The notes under the pieces: generated by a model
Told to the model about the DNA's origin: nothing
Databases searched by the model: none
The model's input: the letters and a program-made list of their open reading frames with translations, nothing else
Made by a program: the position numbers and the translations under genes
Shown: positions 1-14,229 of the stretch, piece after piece
How the letters are laid out: each line of letters opens with the position of its first letter
Position numbering within the stretch: position 1 is the stretch's first letter
Assembly: GCA_043228905.1 (NCBI GenBank)
Contig: JBHGNT010000009.1
Location: forward strand, 21,762,001-21,826,000
Direction: 5' to 3'
Source of the DNA: Azolla caroliniana
Taxonomy: Eukaryota > Plantae > Polypodiophyta
DNA length: 64,000 nucleotides

Positions 1-474
1 CTTTAGTTAGAAGAAAATGCATGATAAAAGAAAAAGCTATGCATGCACATGTAGGGTGCATGAAAACCATAATCGATACAAACGCATCAAATTAGAAAAA
101 GTAGGATCACTTTAGAAAAAGTATAAAGTCTATCTATAGAAAAAGCATGGATTGTTAAAGACTCTCTCATCACTATATAAGGATGAGGAGCACAATGTAA
201 TAGTGTGTGAAATACTTGGAAATTGGATATATTTCCTAAAACACCAATTAATATAATATATTCATGGGATCCATGAATTTGTGATCAAAATTGTCTCTTA
301 CTATCTAAATATTGATTAAATACACTAAACTTGTGGGATTCACGAGATTGATAACTTACCTGTTTTTCTACCTATTCATTTCTAGCCTTCTCTGATATTC
401 TTCTTTCTCGTAGTCCAAAACCTCAACGGTTCCCGCCCGACTCACGCAACGATCCGACGCCGAAAGGCACGACA
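1..474 (+). mobile_element. Right part of an LTR of the TGTCG...CGACA Ty3/Gypsy family, inserted into a Copia RT
   Basis: Reverse-complement match to LTRs 9483-10303 and 12167-13083 and direct similarity to 46506-47166. Ends ...GGCACGACA at 474, followed by ACGT. Confidence 0.85.
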
Positions 475-886
475 ACGTACATGGGTCTGAGTTTGATTGG
501 TGGTATCCAAGCTGCTTGATGTAGGAGTCGAACTTTTGGTACCACATCCTTGGTGCTTGTCTTAAACCATAAAGGCTTTTCTTCAATCGACATACGAGGT
601 GACTTTCCTCCCATGTCACTGTGAAGCCTGCTGGATAAGACATCTAAATGTCTTCTTCCAGATCTCCCTATAGGAATGTTGTCTTTACGTCCATCTTCTC
701 AAGCTCTAGGTCTTTTGTCGCCACGACCCTACTAGGAGCCGAAGGGTGGTCATCTTGACTACAGGTGAGAATATCTCGTCGTAGTCGACCCCGTGTTCTT
801 ATTTGAACCCCTTCACGATGAGCCGAGCTTTGTATTTGGGCTTCTCTGAGTTAGATTGATATTTGTACCTGGAAACCTATTTGCAA

Positions 887-1171
887 GGTAGCAACTTCCT
901 TTCAGTTGGTTGTTCGACCATCTCTCATGTCCGATTCTGATGAATCGAATCCATTTCGGATTTCATGGCTTGTAGTCATGAGGTAGCAGCTTCCTTTCAA
1001 TTGGTTGTTCGACCATCTCTCATGTTCGATTCTGATGAATCGAATCCATTTCAGATTTCATGGCTTGTAGTCATGAGGTAGCGGCTTCCTTTCAGTTGGT
1101 TGTTCGACCATCTCTCATGTCCGATTCTGATGAATCGAATCCATTTCGGATTTCATGGCTTGTAGTCATGA
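887..1171. repeat. Tandem triplication, 3 x 95 bp, inside Copia RT
   Basis: GGTAGC..CTTCCTTTCA..GTAGTCATGA units start at 887, 982 and 1077. Confidence 0.9.
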
Positions 1172-1401
1172 GTCGGCATCTAATGCGGCTATAGATTCTT
1201 CGTATGTGCTTGGTTTGCTTGCATCGGTGTAGTTGATGTAGTCGAGACCCGATTGATAAAACTTTTTTGGTCTTCTAACTCATCCAGATCTCCTGGGTGC
1301 CAAATGGATCGGTTCAGATCCTTCGATCGGTTATGTCGGTCAATCGGCATTTACCACTTATGTCAGGAGTCCTGTTGGATGACTCACCCTTGTAATAGGA
1401 G

Positions 1402-1830
1402 TTCAGCGATGTCACATCACCCTCCCCTGCTCCAGGATTGATTGACTTGAAGATAGGATTCTTAACCAACTCATGTCGACTTTTCCCCTTACCCTTTTTG
1501 GTGTGGTAGTCGAATCGACTCTGTCTCTATCAATTTTGTCGTTTTCGACTAGCACCTTGTTGGGTTTTGTCAATTTCTTAATGAAATCCATTTCGACTAC
1601 ACGACCTCTTTTGGATTCAGCGATGTCACATCACCCTCCCCTGCTCCAGGATTGATTGACTTGAAGATAGGATTCTTAACCAACTCACGTCGGCTTTTCC
1701 CATTACCCTTTTTGGTGTGGTAGTTGAATCGACTCTATCTCTATCAATTTTGTCGTTTTCGACTAGCACCTTGTCGGCTTTTGTCAATTTCTTAATCAAA
1801 TCTATTTTGATTACACGACCTCTTTTGGAT
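1402..1830. repeat. Tandem duplication, 2 x 214 bp, in Copia INT-RT linker
   Basis: TTCAGCGATGTCACATCACC at 1402 and 1616. Confidence 0.9.
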
Positions 1831-4299
1831 TCGGAGTCCACAGGTGTGGTGTCAACGTGGTCGATTTTGACTGTTTGTCGAATCTCTGATTCAACCTGGT
1901 GGGTTGGTCTTTCTACGACTTCTTTGTCGATTTCGAAGGAGACCTTTTCGCTCACTATTTTCTACTTGTTCCGTTGAGAGAGAATATAGTCTTCATTGAA
2001 GACCTGCATCACTGCTCCGGATCAATTTTTGGTTTTCTAGGTCCCATAGCCTGTAGCCAAATTCTCGATCGGTTCCATAATCAAGAAATATGCATTTCGT
2101 TGCATGGGGTGGCAAGTTAGTCCTTTTCTCCCTGGGGATGAATGCATAGGCTTCACATCTGAATATATAGACTCCGGAGCCTATCGTAGGTCAATTGTTT
2201 GCCTGACCATAGTGCCTGTGGCACTTTGAGCTTGATTGTTTTCGATGGCAATCGATTAATCAGATATATTGTCATCTGCAATGCTTTGGCCTAGAACTCC
2301 AACTTTAGTCCGGCTTGTTGGAGCATTGCCGTCACCCTCTCTTGGATCGTTTGGTTGATTCGTTCGGCCACTCCATTCTACATGTGTGTGTATGGAACAA
2401 TTTTCTGATGTCGGAGAGGTATTTTTTGAAGGCGCGGGAGGTGCATTCACCTCCATTGTCGGATCGAAGTGTCTTCACTCTGTATCTTGATTGGTTCTCC
2501 ACTTCAGTTGTCGACCGAGTGAAGACCTCAAGCGCTTTGTCTTTCGGCCTAAGTGAGTAGTTCCAAAATTTCAGTGTACAGTCATCTACAAATGTGATGA
2601 AGTACCGGGAGGCACCTAGTGATCGCTCAGGCATGGGCCCACATATATATGTGTGAACGAGCTGTAGGGGTTTTTGTATCGTCTTGTAATGGAGAGAGTG
2701 CGTCCTTTGGGCTTGTTTTCTATATCAACAATGATCATAGAAGTCCGTCTTCGCTTGTAGTTTCGGGATGTTGTCGACTGCCATTAGCCTATCAAGTTAG
2801 GCTTGAGACATATGGCCGAGTCGGCCATGCCATAAATTCGGGTCAATATTTTCGGCTACATTCAGTGCCCCTTCTGGATTGATCGCCATGATTGGGTACA
2901 TGTACTTGTGTCCACTTCCAATCTTCAAGCTTCCTCGGTTGATCATCCATGTCAACTTGTTCAGAGTCGTTCTGTACCCATCTTCGGCTAACATGCCGAT
3001 GGGGACCAGACTCCTTCTTAATGTGATACGTGTCGGACTTGGTGCAGGACTATCGTGTTGCCATTCAACAATTGAATTGGTACTTCGCGTACTCTAGAGA
3101 TTTTGCATTCCTATCCATTTGCCTAGTCAAACCGTGTCGTTGGCGCCAACCGAATAGTTTCCTCTTTCCTCTTGATCGACCAACATTATGATAGGTCGAA
3201 TTTGTCCGATCAATTTGTTCTCGACTTCATCCTTGTCTGTCTCCCCTCGTTCTTGACTGATTGGTATTGCGACCAGTTTTGTTGGCTTGTTCTCTCAATT
3301 AACTGATTCGGTCGATTGCCTCAGTCGAATGATAAACTTCTGCCGACTCAGCGATGGTGAGTCCCATCGATTTTGATCAAATATCCTCTGTGAGGACTTG
3401 CCTGGCTGTTTCCTCTAGATTTAGATTTGGTTGGCTATTGGCAAATGTCGTGCAGAAAACCTCCCAACTCGCTAGCAGATCGATAGGAGGGCAAGGGTTT
3501 TCACTTCTTCTTCAAAGTTAATCCCTTGGGAGGAGAGTTCAGACAACACCCGACTGAAGGTGTTGATGTGGGAGGTTGTTGGTTCTGACTCTCTCATCGT
3601 CATATTCATATTGAATAGTTGTCTGATCAATATCAATTTCGAAGATGACGACTTCTTTTCGTACACATCCTACAATGTCTCCTATAATGAGAATGTTGTC
3701 TTCTCTTTGGCCATGTTGAAGTAGATATTTTCGGCCAAATGCATTCGTATGGTGGAGCGTGCAATTTCGTCTATGGATCTCCACTCTTCGGCTGTCATCG
3801 AAGCAGTTTTTCACTGTGTCGAAAGGCTTCGACCTGTCTTCTAATGATCAACACATCCTACATCATCTCTTTCCACAAGGCAAAGTTTTTGCCATCGAAC
3901 TTTCAGATTTCAACTCCTGTACCAGATGTTGAAGCCATGTTCTTTTTGAGAATGAGATTTTATTGACTTGGTCTTTTCCTTTGGTTGTAGGCTCTTCTCT
4001 CTGTCTTTTTGGCTATTCATCCCCGCCAAACAACAGGTCACTCAGATACCAGTTGAGGAATAGATATGCGTGGAAAAACGTGTGAGGACCTGCTAGTTTA
4101 TGAACAACAAATGACACACAGATATGCAACACAAGAAGAAACAGTAGATCGATAGAGATCGAACCTTCAATGGAAGTTCTTGTTATTCTGCAACTCTCTC
4201 TCTCTCTCTACAAGGCTCAATATAGAATTACAATGTTACGTTAGAGCATATATACTAAGCCCTAACTATTTGGATGTATGGATCTTACGCGTGTAATTG

Positions 4300-7200
4300 A
4301 TGTGTGTTGTGGATCCGGATACCAAACTAGAAGATAACCGGTTATAGTTGTTGGTGTTGAATGCCTTACCGTAACCACCCTTTGGTAAAGTGATCCGAAA
4401 TGACACCTTTTGTTAGAGCCAACTCTGGCCCAGGAGTAACAAATTTTTGGCGACCACAATTACTGCAGCAAGTAGCGAACATCGGGAGGATGGATGATTA
4501 GGCCAATGAACGACCTCGTTGCCGAATGAGCAAGAAGACTAGCCAAGAAACTATGGAGGTGGGAGGCTTACCAGCAAGCAGCCGAGGAGATCTGATCGGG
4601 TCGGTCTTTTTCCAGTGTGATTCGGCGGGTCGCAGAGGAGTTACTCCGGTTACATCACAATCCATAGCCGGATGAAGGAAGTAGTTTGAGTAGTTTGCAA
4701 CACATGGAATCCATCCTACAGACCCTCGCCGCGGGCAAGGGAGATTCGGGAGCATTCTCGGCTATAGAATCAAATTCGAACAGGGAGCATAGTGTTCAGT
4801 TCAATTATCGAAGTAGTCACGACACCCTGGAAGAGCTGGACGACGACGATTCAGAAAACAAACCAACGCCAGAACCGGAAAGGACAAAACCAACATCCCC
4901 ATTTATGTGAAATAGGTTCGGACCAGCAAGGGAAAGACATAGACGAGCAAGTGCGTACACCACCACACAACCAATCGAAGACTCAGGAGGAACTGGCTCC
5001 AACATCACCACTCAAGTCACCAAAGAAACAAGCGGACCGAGTACCGACACCACCTCTGGCAATACCGATAGACGAAGACTCCATGCCATACGAGTATGCG
5101 AAATATCGGGATGACCAGGACGTAGAGGCCCACATCTACGCCTTTCTCCAAACATGGGAGGCGAACCTTGTTTCACAACGACTGACCGAAGCAAAGGCCG
5201 AACGCTCAAAGATAGCAGAATTCGGCATGACCTTGGAAGGACCGGCGGCACGATGGCATAACAAGCACCTTCCTAACAGTATTGCCACATTTGAAAAATA
5301 AAAGACAAAATTTCTATGCATCTTCCACTGATAGGTGGAACAAAGGGAGATCGTCGGTCGGTTCTATACGACACGGTAGGACCCAATAGAAATTGTGCCG
5401 CAGTTCATCATCCGATTCTAGACGTTGCACAGTCAACTCACCAGAGCACTACCGGAAGAAGAAGTGAAAGCGATATTTTTGGCAGTGCTTTGAGAACCGC
5501 TCCGAGCAATGTGCGCGGTAATAAATTTCTGAACTAGCACAATAGACCAGGTCATGGAAATGGACAATGGGAGCACTCCAATGAGCACTCCCTAGCGAAG
5601 AAGACCTTTGGTTTTGACAGGCCGTACAATGCACAACGTGCCTTAACCCCGGTCACTCAACGATAGAATGCACAATGAGAACACAATGCATGTTATGTCA
5701 GTCCCGATCACACACAATGGACCGATGTGAATATAATCTACGAAACCGACAGTCGGCACCAGTCCGGCAGATCGAACCCTAGACTGAGCGACAAAACGAC
5801 GACGAATGGTTCAGGCGAGATGACTGCTACTGACCAATACAAGACATCCGATCCAATGACAAATAGGATGAGTATGATCGGGATCGTAATGATAGGAGCT
5901 GAGAATACAACCACAATAGGTATAATCCTGATCATTCCCCTACCGACCAATACAAGACATCCGATCCAACGACAAACAGGATGAGTATGATCGTGATTGT
6001 AATGATGAGAGCCGAGAATACAACCACGATAGGTATGATCCCGATTATTCCCCTAACTATAACAGAAGGAGGGATGACCAAACACAAGAGTATGCAAACT
6101 GGGAAGGATATCGGAATAACCGGCGCCATAATCGACAGAGAAATTTCTGAAGAGACGAGCATCGGGAGCTAGCTAGAGATTATCAATGTGAGCCGGATAG
6201 AAACACGACCGGTGCCAAATCAGAGCAACAGAGAATAGAGGAGTCCAACCGAGCGATAACCGCCTTTCAGTCCAGTAACACAGGAAAAGCGGAGTCTAGG
6301 AACACACGAAAAGTGTATTGTTATTATTGCAGGCAAGAAGGACATTATAGCAGTCAATGTTCGGTCAAGACCAATGAGAAACAACCGGCAGTGAACATGG
6401 TGATTGGGGAAGTGGCTGATATTCAACAAGTCACCACCCAATCGAAAGGAAAAACGTCAAAATGGGAGGCTCAGGAAGCAATCCAAAAACAGGCCACCGA
6501 ATGGATAGAAAAGGCGAATGAATTGAACGTGACCGAATTACGAGTCTAGCAAATGAAACCTCTAAAGGAACCAACAGAGACCACGGACGAGAACCCAACG
6601 TGGTAGGCATTACAGGACTGCCAGATTATGCTAATGCAATTAGTGCCCCGATTCACCAAGGGGTTGAAATCGTTAGTGGCCCCACAAAACTACACACCGG
6701 CTCCTGCATTCTTTTCGAATGCGGAAGAAGGACCGGCCATCATGGACACGAGAAACCCTCCAATCATAGTCATCGTCAAGGGAACAAAAGTACCGGGAAC
6801 AATCGTAGATGGCGGATCGGGAGTGAACGTAATTAGCCAACGTACCTGTGATACCTGGGGGATCCAGGAATGGGAACCATGCCCATTCTGGCTCCGGATG
6901 GCTGATACCAATTCGGTCCGGGCAACCAGACTACTTCGGGATTCGGAGGTCACAATCGGCGGACATGCATTCCGGATATCCGCAGTGGTTCTGCAGCTAA
7001 ACGCACAATGAGCATATCCCTTGTTGCTAGGAAGACTATGGCTGCGGACGACGCACATAAAACAGAATTGGTAGAAGAATTTCATTACTTTCCGGCGAGG
7101 CAAAGCAAAAGTGTGAGTACTGACACACCCATGAATGGGTGCCAGTAAGGAGTTGATGCCACTATATGCGGAAAGCATTAACATGCTAGAAGGGCTAGTC

Positions 7201-10200
7201 GACAAAGAGGTAGATCGATACCTTGACAAACATCCAAGGATAGTTCTATTGTTCGAAGTAGACGTTGCGGAAGCAGTTACCCCGTATATCATGCAAACGG
7301 AAGAAGTTGGTGATGATCCGGATTGAGATGCAATCCGGAAATTACATCAAGCCCAGGAATCCCTGAAACAGGAAATGGAAGTATCGCAACGAGTGAGAGC
7401 GTCATAGTTGGAGGAACTGAGCCTCGGAACTAGGGAGAAATCGAAACTAGTAAATGTGGCAAAAGAAATGCCACTGTCAGAAAAATCATTGATGGTGTCA
7501 CTACTGAAAGAATTACGGGACGTATTCGCATGGTCGTACGAAGACATGCAAGGATTGGACCCCCAGTTGTATCAGCACCAAATTCACCTGAGCAAGGATA
7601 CAAAACTGGTAGCACAGAGACGATATCGCATGAATCCGAACTATGCGGCCAAAGTGAAAGAGGAGATTGATAAATTACTTTGAGTCGGTTTTATCCGGCC
7701 AGTGAAGCGGGCAACATGGTTAAGCCCGATTGTGGTCGTTCCCAAGAAAAATGGCAAATTTAGGTTTTGTGTGGATTACCGGAAGTTAAATGCAGCAACG
7801 GTGACGGATGCGTTTCCACTCCCATTAACAAATACGGTTCTAGACGTGGTAACCGGTCACGAAGTATATAACTTCCTCAACGGATTCAGTGGATACAATC
7901 AAATTCGGATGCATCCAACAAACCAGGAGAAGACAACATCTGTTACGGAGTGGGGACTATTCGTGGCGGTAGTAATGATGTTCAAACTAAAGATGGCGCC
8001 AGAAACATTTCAGCGAATCATTATGGACATATTCGAAAAATTCATTCCGGCATTTATGCAGGTGTTTCTAGAAGATTTTATGGTTTATAGCCAAAAGGGA
8101 GAGCACCTGGATCATCTCCGGTTATGTTTAGAGAAGTGATGGGGATACCGGCTTAGCCTAAATCCAACAAAGTGTATGTTTGGAGTAGCAAGTGGGACGT
8201 TGTTAGGACATATCGTGAGCAAGGACGTCATTGCGGTAGATCCGATAAAGAAAAAGCTAATTTGGAAGCACAGCCACCGGCAAACGCCAAAGCACTAAGC
8301 CGGTTTTTAGGACAAATCCAGTGGCATAGCTGGATGCTCTGGTATTTGGCCAACTTTGCCACACCATTACACGTGGCCGTTCACCGAATCCAATTCCAAT
8401 GGATGGAGCTGGAGGAAAGGGCATACCACGTGTTGAAATTGATGCTATCACAGGCGGTGATGGTGCAAACCCCCGGATTGAACCAAGAAATTTCATGTGT
8501 TCGTGGACGTGTCCGATATAGCGATCGACATCGTTCTCATGCAGCACACCGAACCAAGGTGGTACCAGATGGTGTACTACACCAGTCGGAAGCTCTCAAA
8601 GTCCGAACGAAACTACTCTACAATAGAGAGAGAAGCCTTGGGGATGGTTTATAGCGTAACAAAGTTCTGCCATTACCTCCTACGACGAAAATTTTCATTT
8701 CATGTGGATCATTCGACACTACTATACTTGGTCTCAAAAGCATCCTTAACTGGTAAACTAGCCCGGTGGACATTCTTGCTACAAGAATTTGAATTTGAAA
8801 TATTCCACCGACCAGAAGTGCAACATGCGCTAACCGATTACTTAAGCCGGTAAGAATCCAGAGAAACCAAAGACGGTGTTGAGAAGGAGTTCTCGGATGC
8901 ACAGTTATTAAGGGTAACTGTGGAGACGACGGCGGATGAAAGAGTGGTAGGAGAAGATAAGTGGCTTACCAACATGCACCAATTCCTATGCACCAGACTG
9001 CCTCCAGAGGAATTGAATTGGGATGAATGGAAGCGGTTGGCAGTACAGAGTCGGCATTTTTTCTTATTGTAGGACACGATGTACCATAAAAGAGCTGACG
9101 GAATCTGGCGACGTGAGGTCCAGAGTGACGAGAAGGACGTAATCCTACGAGAAGCCCATTGTAGCGTGGCAGGAGGCCACTAAGCCGGATACGCTATGAC
9201 AAGGAAAATTGGGAGAAGCGGATTGTGGTAGCCCACAACACTGAAGAAAGCCACTTGGTATGCAAAGGAATACGACCTTTGTCAGCGAATGGGCCGACCG
9301 ACGGAGCACTCACGGATGCCGCATCAACCGGTGTTCCCATTAGACCCCTTTCAAAAATGGGGACTGGATTTTGTCAGACCGTTCAAAATGCCGGCAATGA
9401 GAACCGGCAACCGGTACATAATTGTGGCAACCGTTTACTGTACAATGTGGGTGGAAGCCATAGCAGTCAGAGACAACACCGTTGTTGTGCCTTTCGGCAC
9501 CGGATCGTTGCGTGAGTCGGGTGGGAACCACTGAGGTTTTGAACTAGGAGAAAGAAGAATATGAGAGAAGGCTAGTAATGAATAGGTAGAAAGATAGGTA
9601 AGTTATGAATCTCGTGAATCCCATGAGTTTAGTGTTTTTAATCAATATTGAGATAGTAAGAGACAATTTTGATCACAAATTTGTGAATCCCACGAATATA
9701 TTATATTAATTGGTGTTTTAGGAAATATATCCAATTTCAAAGTATTTCACACACTATTACATTGTGCTCCTCATCCTTATATAGTGAGGAGAGAGTCTTT
9801 AACAATCCATGCTTTTTCTATAGATAGACTCTATACTTTTTCTAAAGTGATCCTACTTTTTCTAATTTGATACGTTTTTATCGATTATGACTTTCATGCA
9901 CACTACATGTGCATGCGTAGCTTTTTCTTTTATCATGCGTTTTCTTCTAACTAAAGTTTATCCTAGCGTGAACTTACCTTTCTATATGGGATGTTTACTT
10001 TTTCTTTAACACTAATGATATGTTAGTGTAATGGTAAGGCTTTACATTATAAACATGGAGGTGCAAGGTTTGAATCTTGCCCTATGCATGTAATATATAT
10101 TTTTATACTTTCTTCTATTTACAAATATGTCTCTTCATCCAGTTCTCATCGGGTCTCCTTACTGGGTCCGGTCCTTACCGATTCCTCTTTACCAGTTCCT

Positions 10201-13200
10201 CCTTCATTCGGTTCCCACCGGTTCTTCTTTATTGGTTCCTCCTTGTCCCATCCGGAGGGACAAAAATGCAATTTTCTCATAGTGTGCGAATTACACTACG
10301 ACACTCGCCCCCTCTGAACCCGCACATCCTCCGGTATGTGCCGAAATTGTCGGTGCTCATTATTCTCCATCCGTAATATCCTCAGTTTGTCCCGCTATGT
10401 CATCTTTGTCTCTCCATTTTGAGCATATCTATTCTTTCCACCCGAACCATTGTCGCCATCCGATCCACCATATTCTTTGTTCTCTCTCGTCTTAGAATCT
10501 CGCGTTAGTGTTTATGTTCTTCCCGTTAGAGCCTTTCTTCTTTGTTGAGATGTCATCGTTAATAATACCTTTCAAATCCACTTGGCCCTTGTCATCCGTG
10601 GTAGTGTCTTTTCTTGGCCTCTTTCTTATCTTCATCAACCTTGATTTTTTTCCGGATCGGTCTCGTCCGATCGACTTTTGGTTGAGTCATATTAGCTTCT
10701 TTAAGATTCGTTCTTGTCCAATCGACTTTCGGTTGGATCGGCTTTCGATCGGATTCGTATTCGGCCGAAACAAACTCGATTGATCGGTTTTGACCGAGTC
10801 GGCCCCCTTCCGGGTCGGTTTTTGTTTAGATCGGAATTTCGTCCGGATCATCTTCCATCCGAACCGGCTTCCGACTTTACCTTTCTTGCCGCCACCTCCC
10901 GTCTCTCCGGTCTCATGTTGGTACTCGAACACAACCGCCGAAGTCTCTAGAATTAGTGGGTAGGAATCCTCGGTATTATCGTTCTCCGTTCTTTCACCCA
11001 TAGCCACCTTCTTGGCTATCTCTCCGTCGTATGCATCGGATTCGAGCTTTGTTTTCTCTCCGCCACCTTCCATCTCTTCGATCTCACGTTGTCTTTCGAA
11101 TGCAACTGCCGAAGTCTCTAGAACTAGCGGTGGGAAAGTCTACATATGGCCATCTGCTTCATCCATAGCCACCTCCGATTCGATGTCATCTTTCGTGGAG
11201 ACCTCCTCAATCAAGTCCGCCTCGCACTCTTTATCTCCCTCGATCATGCAAGCATCGTTTATGCTTACCCCTTTTTCACCCGATGTTTCAGATACTTGTA
11301 TTCCGAAACCTTCTTCCGTTCTTGAAGTGGTGTTCGCCACTCTCAAGTCATCGACCTTATCCTTGGCCGCCGTTCTTTCGCAAGACGAGAGGGTGACTTG
11401 TTCCACACTCTCTCCCGTGATACCATCATATTGTATTTTGGCCTTTGTATCAGCCACATCGTTCATCCTTAATCGATCATCCCTTATAGGCCATGTTGTT
11501 GCCGACGATATTCTCATCTTCCTCTTATCGTGTCCTCGGCATACTCTTTCGACTTCAACCCAATCCTCGGTAAGGCCATTTACACCGTCATCATCTTCGA
11601 GTTGGATCCCGATGTCCATCCTTTTTTTTTATCGCTCAATCTTACAAACATTAGGACTTTATCCTCCCCCAACAATCTTTGTTCCCGCTCCGAGAGTCGA
11701 GAAAAACGATGCTCGAACTCTAGGAATGCTTGTGTTGCACTTCGGTGGGTATTCTCCGATGTCACCCATTCATCGAACTGTCGCCGATCTTGTCCCTTCG
11801 GTCTCTCGTAATCATATGCCTCTCGTAAAGCTTCTTCAAAGGACCCCCATGTTGGGTTTTGTTGCCGTATCTTGTGGATTCTCTCTTGTAGCTCATCCGT
11901 GGCCACCCGACTGAAGGATATCACTTGCAATCCTTCCGGTATCCCATGTCACATCATCGCCCCTTTATAGTCACATAGATAACGTGACGCATCCTTTCCG
12001 TTGAATTGCTCGTTTCTTTGGACAAGACGCTCTACTTCCGATTTGATCTCCGACATCAAGCATTGTTCTTGTTGCATTCGCTCAATCATCATCATCATTA
12101 TGCTCATCACCTCTTGTTGATTCTCCATCTCCTTGCCACCTGTCTTTACGTCGGGTTCACCACTTGTGTCGTGCATTTCGGCGCCGGATCGTTGCATGAG
12201 TCGGGTGAGAACCGCTAAGGTTTTGGACTAGGAGAAAGAAGAATATGAGAGAAGGTTAGTAATGAATAGGTAGAAAGATAGGTAAGTTATGAATCTCGTG
12301 AATCCCACGAGTTTAGTGTATTTAATCAATATTTAGATAGTAAGAGACAATTTTGATCACAAATTCGTGAATCCCACGAATATATTATATTAATTGGTGT
12401 TTTCGGAAATATATCCAATTTCAAAGTATTTCACACACTATTACATTGTGCTCCTCATCCTTATATAGTGATGAGAGAGTCTTTAACAATCCATGCTTTT
12501 TCTATAGATAGACTCTATACTTTTTCTAAAGTGATCCTACTTTTTCTAATTTGATGCGTTTTTATCAATTATGGTTTTCATGCACGTTACATGTGAATGC
12601 GTAGCTTTTTCTTTTATCATGCGTTTTCTTCTAACTAAATTTTATCCTAGCGTGAACTTACCTTTTTATGTGGGACATTTACTTTTTTTTAATACTAATG
12701 ATATATTAGTGTAATGCTAAGGCTTTACATTATAAACATGGAGGTGCAAGGTTTGAATCTTGCCCTATGCATGTAATATGTATTTTTATACTTTCTTCTA
12801 TTTACAAATATGTCTCTTCATCTTGTGAGAGACTCTCACTGGCCTTCTTCATCCGGTTCTCACTGGGTCTCCTTACTGGGTCCGTTCCTTACCGGTTCCT
12901 CCTTCATCCGGTTCTCACCGGTTCTTCTTTACCACTTCCTCCTTCATCCGGTTCTCACCAGTTCTTCTTTACCACTTCCTCCTTCATCCAGTTCTCACCG
13001 GCTCTTCTTTATCAGTTCCTCCTCGTCCCATCCTGAGGGACAAAAATGCAATTTTCTCATAGTGTGTGAATTACACTACGACACCGCGACATCCACAACT
13101 AAATTTTTATATGAAAACATTTGGTGCAGATACGATTGTCTGATCAAGCTTATTAGTGATAGAGCTGGACATTTCCTTGGACAGGTTGTGGAAAGATTAA

Positions 13201-14090
13201 CGACATTCTACGTGGTGGTGCATAAGCGAAATATGCCATATTACCCGCAGGCCAACGGATTAGCGTAGTCCACCAATAAAATGCTCCAAAATATTCTCTA
13301 GAAAATCGTGAACAAAAACTGGACCAACTGGGATACAAAGCTACAAAGCGTGTTATGGGCATACTGGACGGTATACAAGACAAGTATTCGGATGACACCA
13401 TTCTGGTTAGCGTTCGGGAAGCAGTCATGCGGATGGAATTTCAAATTCCTAGCTTACAGATAGAGGTTTGGGAATGGTTAAGTGAGAAGGAATAAAAAAA
13501 GATCCGGCTGGCAACTTTATGTGTACTGCAATTGGAACTGGAGCAAAGAAGATGGAAGGCGTTTGTTGACCAACATAGAAGGGGAAATGAAAAAAAGTTC
13601 GAAATCGGCAAGGCAGTAAATTTAGTGTTCCAGACCCGGATGGGTACGACGTCGGGAAAGCTACGGTTCCGGTGGACTGGACCATATTGGATAATGAGAG
13701 AATTTAAGGGGTCCTATCAACTTGGCATGTTAGCCAGTGAAGTCCTACAGAAGTGGGTTAATGGATTCCGGTCAAAACCCTACAACCGATGCCACGAAAC
13801 CTGTTCAAGCAACTGGATGACGGAACCGAAGCCGGTAGAGGAAACTAGGAACCAATACCGGATTCGGCAAAGCTAGATACTACGGGAGAATAGTAGTCCT
13901 TGGTCGTGCTAAAAAAAGAAAAGAAAGAACGGACACCCCGAAAAGACATACCACTACTATAGGATAAAGGGGATGTTGTTACATCATCACTAAAGACATC
14001 CGCTTCTGTCCTCCCCGATTCTCTCCTGGATCTCCTCCCCTCAATCACCTTTATTCCTCTACTTGTGTGACCATAAAGTACCTATCAATC
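4300..14090 (+). mobile_element. Decayed non-chromovirus Ty3/Gypsy element (gag-PR-RT-RH-INT), interrupted in INT by a nested element
   Basis: PBS-like TGGCGACCACA at 4448-4458 (tRNA-Arg-like); gag ~5090-5600; CYYCRQEGHYSSQC knuckle; protease IVDGGSGVN; RT WLSPIVVVPKKNGKFRFCVDYRKLN; RNase H DVSD...NYSTIEREAL; INT WGLDFVRPF and WTGPY; PPT AGGATAAAGGGGA ending at 13973. Outer boundaries are approximate. Confidence 0.85.
9483..13083 (-). mobile_element. Complete non-autonomous Gag-only LTR element (TR-GAG-like); LTRs 9483-10303 and ~12167-13083
   Basis: Paired LTRs; tRNA-Trp PBS (rc TACGTCGGGTTCACCA ~12147-12162); PPT rc at 10304-10316; degenerate gag (FNGKDASRYL, DKVLMF, GLTEDW). TSD CCGT/CCGC; removing the element with one TSD copy restores the host integrase frame DNTATSTTKFLYENIW. 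Confidence 0.92.
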
Positions 14091-14229
14091 ACAACTCTCT
14101 AGTATTCCTCAACACTTAAACTAACACTACACATATTTGTACATAACAACATTTCGTGTGCACCCTTGCACACCCCCGTTCACACACATTCGGCCCCCTT
14201 TCTACTCATAGTCGGAATTCCCCACGACA
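14090..14229 (-). mobile_element. LTR terminus fragment of the TGTCG family
   Basis: Ends TTCCCCACGACA like the solo LTR end at 17190; followed by ACGT. Confidence 0.6.

Larger units (their letters stand above)
475..4260 (-). mobile_element. Decayed Ty1/Copia element (gag, GAG-pre-integrase, integrase, RT; 5' LTR from ~4055)
   Basis: RT LKKSLYGLRQAPRMWY (475-643); integrase YFITFVDD...LRSDNGGE (2332-2634); LWHGRLGHMS (2797-2994); UBN2-type gag (3472-3938); Met-type PBS remnant CTCAGATACCA (rc) at ~4041-4051. Many stops and frameshifts. Confidence 0.85.

Noticed and set aside
4234-4441. TGTTAC...GTAACA as the 5' LTR paired with 13974-14229
   Set aside because: The two segments show no evident similarity; the right one appears chimeric, so no LTR pair or TSD can be called.
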